NCBI GenBank assembly: GCA_021199475.1
Contig: JAJQHZ010000085.1
Location: forward strand, 34,089-98,088
Origin: Lachnospiraceae bacterium
GTDB taxonomy: Bacteria; Bacillota; Clostridia; Lachnospirales; Lachnospiraceae
DNA: 64,000 bases
Direction of reading: 5' to 3'
Of this stretch, positions 19,475 through 27,489 are shown piece after piece. Position numbers and translations under genes: made by a program. The stretch's first letter is position 1, and each line of letters begins with the position of its first letter. Below the pieces are notes generated by a model, which worked only from the letters and a program-made list of their open reading frames with translations, was not told the origin of the DNA and ran no database searches.

Positions 19475-19557
19475 TGACTGAAAAAAAATACAGCGCATAG
19501 CGAAAAGCCGTCGCTTTTGAGAAAAAAGGCGGCACATGAGCGAAAGGAGGATTGAAC

Positions 19558-19671
19558 ATGAAAGTTCGGTCATCAGTGAAGCCCATCTGTGAGAAGTGCA
19601 AGGTAATCAAGAGAAAAGGCAGAATCATGATTATCTGCGAGAATCCGAAGCATAAGCAGAGACAGGGGTAA
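19558..19671 (+). CDS. rpmJ: 50S ribosomal protein L36 (zinc form)
   Basis: Not in ORF track (37 aa). ATG after AAAGGAGG gives [37 protein letters not shown], stop TAA at 19669-19671. Confidence 0.95.
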   Translation: MKVRSSVKPICEKCKVIKRKGRIMIICENPKHKQRQG

Positions 19672-20280
19672 CACGAAACAACTGGCGGTACCGACAGGAA
19701 ACAGCTGCAAAATACAGCGAAGTGCTGTCGAAGAACAATAGAACGATGGAATAAAGAGGGATTCATGCGATAGGATGATCGAATGAAACCGAATGAAATC
19801 AAATTTCATTCGACAACAGATTCGGTGTGAATATAAACTCTTACTTATATATAGCAGGTACTGTTTGGCTGGATGGATCTGGCCGGAAGGATGGTGAACG
19901 ATTTCGTTTTACCGCTGCCACTGTTTTATAAGTCAGGATTGCGCAGATTTATTTCGTTGTGATATTGCTTTTAATACCGGCACAGGAACAGGCAGTGCCT
20001 GGTCTCCCCAATGTACACCGCCGGGGAGCAGCGCGCGTTCCGAAAGAGAACGGATGCGCAGGCAGATGCCGCGCAAGGCAAGTTTGTGCGAAGGCGCAGA
20101 TATCCCTTTGGCAGGAAAGGAATGGGAAGCTTCCGAACAATCGGATTCGGTTTTCGATTGCTTTTGTATGCCAGGGTGAGCGCAGGCAGAATCAGGGCCA
20201 TGGCTTAATGGGCCGGAAAGGTCGCCGTATGGCGGCTGGGCGTACTGGTTTACGCCCCAGTTAGAAACAACATCAGGAGA

Positions 20281-20317
20281 GCATCTGCAAATAAAATTGC
20301 ATCGCAATGGCAGATGC
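20281..20317 (+). repeat. 37-nt nested-hairpin module (A-type) in rpmJ-rpsM spacer
   Basis: GCATCTGC-AAATAAA-ATTGC-ATC-GCAAT-G-GCAGATGC; same segment lengths as the copy at 50281. Confidence 0.65.
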
Positions 20318-20468
20318 GCAGGTAATACATCCGAAATGTGATCAGGGATGACACCGGAAGAGTGTGTGAGGAGTTAGACGGAGCGCCAGCTTTGCTATGA
20401 ACACTCTTGAGAAAACGGCGGCAGACTGACAAAGAAGATGTATTACAGGAAATGGAGGAACAAAACAC

Positions 20469-20837
20469 ATGGCACGTATTTCTGGTATCGATTTACCAAG
20501 AGAAAAGCGCGTGGAGATCGGTTTGACCTACATCTACGGGATTGGCAGAACGAGTTCAAACAAGATTCTCGCCGCGGCGAATGTGAATCCTGACACACGC
20601 GTCAGAGACCTGACGGATGAGGAAGTCAGAAGAATTCAGGATGTCATCAGCGAGCATTATATCGTAGAAGGTGATCTCAGAAGAGAGACCGCGCTGAACA
20701 TCAAGAGACTTCAGGAGATTGGATGCTACAGAGGAATCCGTCACAGGAGAAGCCTTCCGGTTCGTGGACAGAACACGAAGAATAATGCGAGAACGCGCAA
20801 GGGTCCGAGGAGGACGGTAGCGAACAAGAAGAAGTAA
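20469..20837 (+). CDS. rpsM: 30S ribosomal protein S13
   Basis: 122-aa [29 protein letters not shown]. Confidence 0.97.
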   Translation: MARISGIDLPREKRVEIGLTYIYGIGRTSSNKILAAANVNPDTRVRDLTDEEVRRIQDVISEHYIVEGDLRRETALNIKRLQEIGCYRGIRHRRSLPVRGQNTKNNARTRKGPRRTVANKKK

Positions 20838-20911
20838 TGCAGTGACAGATTACAGACTGCATTCGTGAAACAATCGTTAAATTCATTCGAAGAAAGCAGG
20901 TTAATTCAGAT

Positions 20912-21310
20912 ATGGCAGCTAAGAAAGTTACGAAAAAAGTGACAAAGAGACGTGTTAAGAAGAACGTCGAGCGCGGACAGGCACATATCAAGTCCTCCTT
21001 CAACAATACGATCGTTACGTTGACGGACGCGCAGGGGAACGCTTTATCATGGGCAAGTGCCGGCGGACTCGGATTCAGAGGTTCGAGAAAATCGACTCCG
21101 TACGCAGCACAGATGGCTGCGGAGACCGCGACCAAGGCAGCTCTGATTCATGGCTTGAAGACGGTAGATGTATTTGTAAAGGGACCGGGTTCGGGAAGAG
21201 AAGCAGCGATTCGCGCGCTTTCCGCAAATGGTCTTGAAGTTACCAGTATTCGCGACGTGACGCCGGTTCCGCACAACGGATGCCGTCCGCCGAAGCGCAG
21301 AAGAGTCTAA
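20912..21310 (+). CDS. rpsK: 30S ribosomal protein S11
   Basis: 132-aa ORF with [18 protein letters not shown]. Confidence 0.97.
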   Translation: MAAKKVTKKVTKRRVKKNVERGQAHIKSSFNNTIVTLTDAQGNALSWASAGGLGFRGSRKSTPYAAQMAAETATKAALIHGLKTVDVFVKGPGSGREAAIRALSANGLEVTSIRDVTPVPHNGCRPPKRRRV

Positions 21311-21328
21311 TCAGGGAGGTCTATCAAA

Positions 21329-21922
21329 ATGGCAGTTAACAGAGTTCCTGTTCTTAAAAGATGCAGATCGCTCGGCCTGGAGCCGACCGTTCTGGGGTAT
21401 GACAAGAAGTCCAGAAGAGAGCTGAAGAGATCCAACCGCAAGGTAAGTGAGTATGGACTGCAGCTCCGCGAGAAACAGAAAGCAAAATTTATCTACGGCG
21501 TGCTGGAGAAGCCGTTCCGCAATTATTATAAGAAGGCTGACAAGATGCAGGGCCAGACCGGTACGAACCTGATGGTTATGCTGGAGAGCCGCCTGGACAA
21601 TGTCCTTTTCCGCCTTGGGTTTGCCAGGACGAGAAAGGAAGCGCGTCAGATCGTTGACCACAAGCATGTCCTTGTGAATGGCAAGCAGGTGAACATCCCG
21701 TCCTACCTTGTGAAGGCCGGTGATACGATTGAGATCAAAGAGAAATGCAAGAGCTCCCAGAGATATAAGGACATTCTTGCATCGACCGGCGGCCGTCTGG
21801 TACCGGAGTGGCTGGAGGCAGATCCGGAGGCACTGAAGGGAACCGTCAAGGAGCTTCCGTCCAGAGAAGCGATCGATGTTCCGGTCAACGAGGTGCTTAT
21901 TGTCGAGCTCTATTCTAAGTAA
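21329..21922 (+). CDS. rpsD: 30S ribosomal protein S4
   Basis: 197-aa ORF, S4 domain RLDNVLFRLGFARTRKEARQ. Confidence 0.96.
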   Translation: MAVNRVPVLKRCRSLGLEPTVLGYDKKSRRELKRSNRKVSEYGLQLREKQKAKFIYGVLEKPFRNYYKKADKMQGQTGTNLMVMLESRLDNVLFRLGFARTRKEARQIVDHKHVLVNGKQVNIPSYLVKAGDTIEIKEKCKSSQRYKDILASTGGRLVPEWLEADPEALKGTVKELPSREAIDVPVNEVLIVELYSK

Positions 21923-21973
21923 TATGTGCGTGAAAACCCTCAGTCAATTAACCCAAAAAGGAGGGGCTATAGA

Positions 21974-22933
21974 GTGCTTGATTTTAACAAACCCAAAATT
22001 GAAATTGCAGAAATGTCAGAAGATAAACGATTTGGCCGTTTTGTGGTCGAGCCGCTGGAGCGTGGTTACGGGACAACCCTTGGCAATTCGCTGAGAAGGA
22101 TTATGCTTTCTTCTCTGCCGGGCGCGGCTGTGAGTCAGGTCAAGATCGAAGGCGTGCTGCATGAATTCAGCTCTATCCCTGGTGTCAAAGAGGATGTTAC
22201 AGAGATTATCATGAACATCAAATCGCTGGCGATCAAGAATACCAGCGAGACAGATGAGGCTAAGATCGCGTACATCGAATTTGAAGGGGAAGGTGTCGTG
22301 ACGGGCGCGGATATTCAGGTCGATCAGGACATCGAGATTATGAATCCGGATCAGGTCATTGCGACACTGAACGGTGGACCGGACTCCAGACTTTTCATGG
22401 AGCTGACCATCACAAAGGGCCGTGGGTATGTCAGCGCGGAGAAAGGCAAGAGCGAGGATATGCCGATCGGCGTGATCGCGGTGGATGCAATCTATACGCC
22501 GGTAGAGAGGGTAAACCTCACCATCGAGGATACACGTGTGGGTCAGGTTACCGATTACGATAAACTGACGCTGGATGTTTATACAAATGCGACGCTGGAG
22601 CCGGACGAGGCGGTGAGCCTTGCGGCAAAGGTGCTGAGCGCACACCTGGGGCTGTTTATTGATCTCTCCGAGAACGCAAAGTCGGTAGAGATCATGAACG
22701 AGAAGGAAGACAATGAGAAGGAGAAGGTTCTGGAGATGAACATTGATGAACTGGAGCTTTCTGTCCGCTCGTTCAACTGCCTGAAGCGTGCCGGCATCAA
22801 TACGGTAGAAGAGCTTTGCAACCGGACATCTGAGGATATGATGAAGGTTCGGAATCTGGGCCGCAAATCACTCGAGGAAGTGCTTGGAAAGCTGAAGGAG
22901 TTTGGCCTGTCGCTGAACCCAAGTGAAGAGTGA
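21974..22933 (+). CDS. rpoA: DNA-directed RNA polymerase subunit alpha
   Basis: ORF 21926-22933; GTG at 21974 ([12 protein letters not shown]) after AAAGGAGGGG; C-terminal [16 protein letters not shown]. Confidence 0.95.
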   Translation: MLDFNKPKIEIAEMSEDKRFGRFVVEPLERGYGTTLGNSLRRIMLSSLPGAAVSQVKIEGVLHEFSSIPGVKEDVTEIIMNIKSLAIKNTSETDEAKIAYIEFEGEGVVTGADIQVDQDIEIMNPDQVIATLNGGPDSRLFMELTITKGRGYVSAEKGKSEDMPIGVIAVDAIYTPVERVNLTIEDTRVGQVTDYDKLTLDVYTNATLEPDEAVSLAAKVLSAHLGLFIDLSENAKSVEIMNEKEDNEKEKVLEMNIDELELSVRSFNCLKRAGINTVEELCNRTSEDMMKVRNLGRKSLEEVLGKLKEFGLSLNPSEE

Positions 22934-23195
22934 GAATCTATACTCTGAACCGGAACAGATAAAAATGTATAGAGCAGGTCACTGCGAAGACACGGAACAG
23001 TGATCGGTTACAGTAACAGTATATTCAGGAGGTGCGTGAAAAAACGCTCCTTCTCGCGCCGCCAGTAAGACCGAAGCGCGTGGCGGTGTGTATGCGCGGC
23101 TCCGGCTCTGTCAGGAGCGGAGAATCTGCGCCATCCATCTGGCGGGTGAATCGATACGCCCGCAAGCAGGTGAAGGACACAGGGAGGAATACCAT

Positions 23196-23732
23196 ATGTC
23201 AGGATATAGAAAACTCAGCAGAACATCTGACCAGAGAAAGGCTCTGCTTCGCAATCAGGTGACCGCTCTGATTTACAGAGGCAGAATCATCACCACTGAG
23301 GCGAAGGCAAAGGAAGTCCGCAGAATCGCGGAGCATCTGATTGCACTGGCAGTTCGCGAAAGAGATAATTACGAGACCGTTACGGTTACCGCAAAGGTAG
23401 CGCGCAAGGACAAGGACGGCAAGCGTGTAAAGGAAGTTCAGGACGGCAAGAAGGTTACCGTTTATGACGAGGTGGAGAAGCAGATCAAGAAGGATAAGCC
23501 GAGCCGCCTGCATGCGAGACGCCAGATGCTCAAGGTGCTCTATCCGGTAAAGGAAGTCCCGAAGGAGACTGCCGGCAGGAAGAAGAACACGAAGGACATC
23601 GATCTGACGGCAAAGCTGTTCGATGAGATCGCTCCGAAGTACGCGGACCGCAATGGTGGTTACACCAGAATTGTGAAGATCGGGCAGCGCAGAGGTGACG
23701 GTGCTCCGACCGTTGTGCTTGAGCTGGTATAA
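23196..23732 (+). CDS. rplQ: 50S ribosomal protein L17 (expanded, 178 aa)
   Basis: ORF 23088-23732; ATG at 23196 ([20 protein letters not shown]) after GGGAGGAA; C-terminal [18 protein letters not shown]. Confidence 0.95.
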   Translation: MSGYRKLSRTSDQRKALLRNQVTALIYRGRIITTEAKAKEVRRIAEHLIALAVRERDNYETVTVTAKVARKDKDGKRVKEVQDGKKVTVYDEVEKQIKKDKPSRLHARRQMLKVLYPVKEVPKETAGRKKNTKDIDLTAKLFDEIAPKYADRNGGYTRIVKIGQRRGDGAPTVVLELV

Positions 23733-23826
23733 TGTTATAATGCACAGAGAGACTGACGCAATGGGCAGATGACAGCAGCTATAAAATAACGGAAGTTGTT
23801 TTTTGATAGTTTTGTGATTCGTAGAT

Positions 23827-23858
23827 CCGTCTGCCGGAGAGGGCAGGCGGATTTTTGT
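23827..23858 (+). terminator. rho-independent terminator of the alpha operon
   Basis: CCGTCTGCC / GGCAGGCGG stem followed by ATTTTTG. Confidence 0.85.
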
Positions 23859-24125
23859 CTTTTATGCGCAGGGCTGCGTAAGGAGTTTTCCGGCTGAAGC
23901 CGGACGCTGTCTCCGCTCCGCTTCGGTCGTTGCTAAACGTGTGCCACTGGCACACAGCAACCGCGCGGGCGAGTAGGAGCCGACAAGCCGCCTCCTACTC
24001 GATTGCGTAGGGGCGCGCAAGGCGCGGCTTTTAGGACCTGCGATTTGCGTATTCGGCGGGGCAGGATGCAGGAGTTCGTTTGTGGCGGATCCTTAGAGGG
24101 GAATTTCAGATAAGGGGGAATTTTG

Positions 24126-25637
24126 ATGGAACGAGGAGTTATTTTTCGAAAACGTTTGCTGATAGCCATTTTTCTGTTTTTCATGCTTTCTCTGGCGGGG
24201 AGCAGACCGGCGAAGGCGGCAAAATATGTGGACCAGGCGAACACGACGGTCAGCATTACATCCAATAAGACCGGCTGGGTGAAGGTGAACGGCAACTGGT
24301 ACTATTACGATAAAAACGGGAAGATGCGCTGGGGCTCCATCAAATACAAGAAGCAGTATTACTATTGCTCGTCCGATGGCGTCCGGAAAACAGGTTTTGT
24401 AAAACGCGGCGGCTCCCTGTACTATTACTCCAAAAAAGCAGGTAAGATGCTTCATGGGAAATGGCTGGTGAAAAGCGGCAAAACCTATTACCTCTCGAGC
24501 AGCGGAAAGGCGATCACCAGCGGATGGCTGTCAAAGTCCGGGAAGAAATACTATTTTGACAGCAATTCCCAGATGGTGACCGGGCTGACGAAAATCAGCG
24601 GCAAGCTGTACTATTTTAACTCCAAGGGCGTGATGTATGTCAGCAAGTGGCATACGGATTCGAGCACCGGAAACCGGTATTATTTCAGCAAAACCGGCCG
24701 GGCAGTGACCGGCAAGTGGCTGTCGAAATCCGGCAAAAAGTATTATTTTGACGAAAATTCGGTGGCAGTGACCGGATGGTATGAGATTGACGGATATTAC
24801 TACTACTTTAATAAAAAGGGCGTCATGCAGAAAAACAAGTGGGTCGGCATTTATTATGTAGATTCGAACGGCCGCCGCACGGATCAGACGAAAGAGGGCG
24901 TCACAACCGCAAACGAGGATAAGTCGAAATATACCTACACCAGCTCTACGCTGAGTATTACACTGCAGAAAAAGACGAAACATAGTACGTCGTACTGGGT
25001 GGCGGAAATCACGACGGCGGATGCCAGCACTCAGCTGAAATCGGCGCTTTCCTATGATTCCTACGGAGGGACCTTGCAGAAGACGTCCAGCGCAGTATCC
25101 TCGCATAACGGAATTATCGGCATCAACGGCAGCGGATTTGATTCAACAGGCAAGCCGCGTGCGGACAGTATGTGTATCAAGAACGGCGTCGTATATTCGG
25201 ACAAGTCGACCGGATACAATGTGATGTGCGTCACCTCAGACGGGACGATGTTTGCCGCGGAGCAGGGACTGCGGGCGGCGGATCTGTTAAAGCTGGATGT
25301 GAAGGATACGTATGTGTTCGGGCCGGTGCTGATCTCAAACGGAGTTGCGCAGGGACGACTGGATGATTCCTATGATGAGGTGCTGAAGTATTATCCGCGC
25401 ACCGCGGTCGGCATGGTGAGCCAGAACCATTATGTCATCGTGGTAACGAACACGGGAAGCTATAATGGGTTGAACGGCTCCGATCTGGTCAGCATCTTCC
25501 AGTCCTATGGATGCCAGTTTGCCTACAATCTCGACGGAGGCGGATCCTCCACGCTGTATTTTGACGGGCAGGTCATGAATGCGCTGCTCTCTGAAGGCGA
25601 GCGCGCATGCGCGGATTTCCTGTATTTTACAAATTAA
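24126..25637 (+). CDS. cell-wall-binding-repeat protein with C-terminal phosphodiester glycosidase (NAGPA-like) domain
   Basis: Signal peptide, multiple GW/YYF choline-binding-type repeats (GWxKxxGKWYYFxxxGxM), C-terminal INGSGF ... YNLDGGGSSTLYFDG. Confidence 0.8.
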   Translation: MERGVIFRKRLLIAIFLFFMLSLAGSRPAKAAKYVDQANTTVSITSNKTGWVKVNGNWYYYDKNGKMRWGSIKYKKQYYYCSSDGVRKTGFVKRGGSLYYYSKKAGKMLHGKWLVKSGKTYYLSSSGKAITSGWLSKSGKKYYFDSNSQMVTGLTKISGKLYYFNSKGVMYVSKWHTDSSTGNRYYFSKTGRAVTGKWLSKSGKKYYFDENSVAVTGWYEIDGYYYYFNKKGVMQKNKWVGIYYVDSNGRRTDQTKEGVTTANEDKSKYTYTSSTLSITLQKKTKHSTSYWVAEITTADASTQLKSALSYDSYGGTLQKTSSAVSSHNGIIGINGSGFDSTGKPRADSMCIKNGVVYSDKSTGYNVMCVTSDGTMFAAEQGLRAADLLKLDVKDTYVFGPVLISNGVAQGRLDDSYDEVLKYYPRTAVGMVSQNHYVIVVTNTGSYNGLNGSDLVSIFQSYGCQFAYNLDGGGSSTLYFDGQVMNALLSEGERACADFLYFTN

Positions 25638-25639
25638 GG

Positions 25640-25690
25640 AACTGTTCAGAAGACCTAACTGTTCAGAAGAGTTAACTGCTCAGAAGAGCA
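25640..25690 (+). repeat. 17-nt period direct repeat x3 (AACTGYTCAGAAGA)
   Basis: Read directly; lies immediately after the stop of the preceding gene. Confidence 0.9.
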
Positions 25691-25776
25691 GGCCGTATCT
25701 CCGCGGCCGTTGCTCATTGCGGCCGAACAGGCCGGAGCTTAGAAGTGAAGCGATATCCGGAATGGAACTGTGGTTG

Positions 25777-25817
25777 AGAAGAAATGGAAACACGATTAGA
25801 AGAAATGGAAACACGAT
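25777..25817 (+). repeat. 21-nt direct repeat x2 (AGAAGAAATGGAAACACGAT)
   Basis: Read directly. Confidence 0.9.
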
Positions 25818-25829
25818 GAAAAAATGGGA

Positions 25830-25847
25830 TACGCAAGCGGTTGCGCA
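25830..25847. promoter_or_regulatory. imperfect LacI-family-type operator (TACGCAAGCGGTTGCGCA)
   Basis: Related to the perfect palindrome at 25990-26008, with two mismatches in the left half. Confidence 0.45.
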
Positions 25848-25942
25848 TCCCATTTTTCTCTTGACAGATAGCGAAAATATGAAGAACCAGAACTGTGCAA
25901 TATGCACAAAAAAATGAAAGCAATACTGTCTAATTAGTATAG

Positions 25943-25971
25943 TTGACATGAACAAACAGATAGGGTATACT
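25943..25971 (+). promoter_or_regulatory. sigma-A-type promoter of the sugar ABC operon
   Basis: TTGACA - 17 nt - TATACT. Confidence 0.7.
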
Positions 25972-25989
25972 AACGATATGGGCAAAGAA

Positions 25990-26008
25990 TTGCGCAACGG
26001 TTGCGCAA
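25990..26008. promoter_or_regulatory. 19-nt perfect palindromic operator, LacI/CcpA-family type
   Basis: TTGCGCAAC-G-GTTGCGCAA with CG-centred symmetry, about 20 nt downstream of the -10. Confidence 0.65.
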
Positions 26009-26127
26009 CATTGAGTCACTGTTCGTGGAACGGTACCTGCGCGGCAAACGCAGGGAGACAGGACGGCGGGCCCGTACCTGTTTATTACTTAATTACCCTA
26101 CAATACCGAATTAAGGAGGACAAACAC

Positions 26128-27357
26128 ATGAAAAGCAAAAAAGTTCTTGCGGTTGCACTGGCAGCGGGCATGGTTATGAGCGTGGCTCCGGTTGCATCGG
26201 CGGATGAGATTGAGTATGGCGAAGGCACCATCACAATCTGGGTGGCAGATGAAGTTACAGCATTCACACAGGAGAAGGCAGAGGAGTTCCTCGCTTCGAA
26301 TGAGAATTATTCCGGTTACACCGTGACGGTTGAGTCCGTTGGCGAAGGCGATGCGGCGAGCAACATGATCACGGACGTTGAGGCTGGCGCTGATATCTAT
26401 GGATTTGCGCAGGATCAGATGGCACGTCTGGTAAGCGCGGGCGCTCTGATGGAGTTGACCGGCGACTATGCGACCTTCGTTGCTGAGAACAATGACGACG
26501 GCGCGGCATTGGCGGCAATGTCCGGCGAGTCTACCTATGCATTCCCGCTGACCTCTGACAATGGCTATTTCCTGTATTATGACAGCAGCGTGATCACGGA
26601 TGCTTCTACTCTGGAGCAGATCCTTGCGGATTGCGAAGCGGCTGGCAAGGGCTTTTACATGGAGATTAACAGTGGCTGGTATCAGCCGGCATTCTTCTTC
26701 GCTACCGGCTGCACGGCGACCTATGAGTCCGATGAGACGGGTGCGTTTGTGAGCTCCGATATCACCTACGCTACGGATGAAGGCGTAGCAGCTTTCAAGA
26801 AGATCATCGAGCTGACAAGTTCTTCCGCATTCTATAATGGTTCCTCCGTAGGCGATGCGACCAACGCTGCAGCGATCGTCAGCGGTACCTGGGATTCTTC
26901 CGCAGCACAGGAGCTGTTTGGCGACAACTACGCATGCGCGAAGCTTCCGACCTTTACCGTAGACGATACCGAGTATCAGATGAGCGGCTTCGGCGGATTC
27001 AAGCTGATGGGCGTAAAGCCGCAGACCGAAGTTGGCAAGGCAGTTGTATGCATGGAACTTGCTGAGTATCTCACCAGCGCAGAAGTACAGCTTGCACGTT
27101 ACAATGAAGTAGGCTGGGGTCCGTCGAACCTCGAGGCACAGGCTGATGAAGCGGTACAGGCCGATGAGGCTCTTTCCGCACTGGCTGAGCAGCTGGCTTT
27201 CACGATCCCGCAGGGTCAGTATCCGGATGACTTCTGGACACTTTCTACCTCTTTTGGCGATGACATCATCGCTGGCACCTACAATGACAGCTCTGACGAG
27301 GATCTGCTCGCGGCTCTGACGACATTCCAGGAGACGCTGCAGAGCTACGCTGGCTGA
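26128..27357 (+). CDS. ABC transporter extracellular sugar (maltodextrin-type) binding protein
   Basis: ORF 25948-27357; ATG at 26128 after AAGGAGG; signal peptide MKSKKVLAVALAAGMVMSVAPVASA without a lipobox Cys; SBP family 1-like. Confidence 0.85.
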   Translation: MKSKKVLAVALAAGMVMSVAPVASADEIEYGEGTITIWVADEVTAFTQEKAEEFLASNENYSGYTVTVESVGEGDAASNMITDVEAGADIYGFAQDQMARLVSAGALMELTGDYATFVAENNDDGAALAAMSGESTYAFPLTSDNGYFLYYDSSVITDASTLEQILADCEAAGKGFYMEINSGWYQPAFFFATGCTATYESDETGAFVSSDITYATDEGVAAFKKIIELTSSSAFYNGSSVGDATNAAAIVSGTWDSSAAQELFGDNYACAKLPTFTVDDTEYQMSGFGGFKLMGVKPQTEVGKAVVCMELAEYLTSAEVQLARYNEVGWGPSNLEAQADEAVQADEALSALAEQLAFTIPQGQYPDDFWTLSTSFGDDIIAGTYNDSSDEDLLAALTTFQETLQSYAG

Positions 27358-27489
27358 GATTTGCTGGGATCATTTTCGAAAATATTCTGAAATAATCATA
27401 TGGTACAGACCGTCGATTGGCGGTCTGTACTGATATAGGGGTATTTTTGGAAAAACAACGTTTTACTGAAAGGGAGGGTGAAGGCCGCA

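Noticed and set aside
19933-20307. Overlapping 60-124 aa ORFs on both strands in the rpmJ-rpsM spacer.
   Set aside because: They overlap one another in several frames, lack RBSs and have Arg/Gly/Ala/Cys-rich composition typical of GC-rich non-coding DNA. The region is treated as non-coding.
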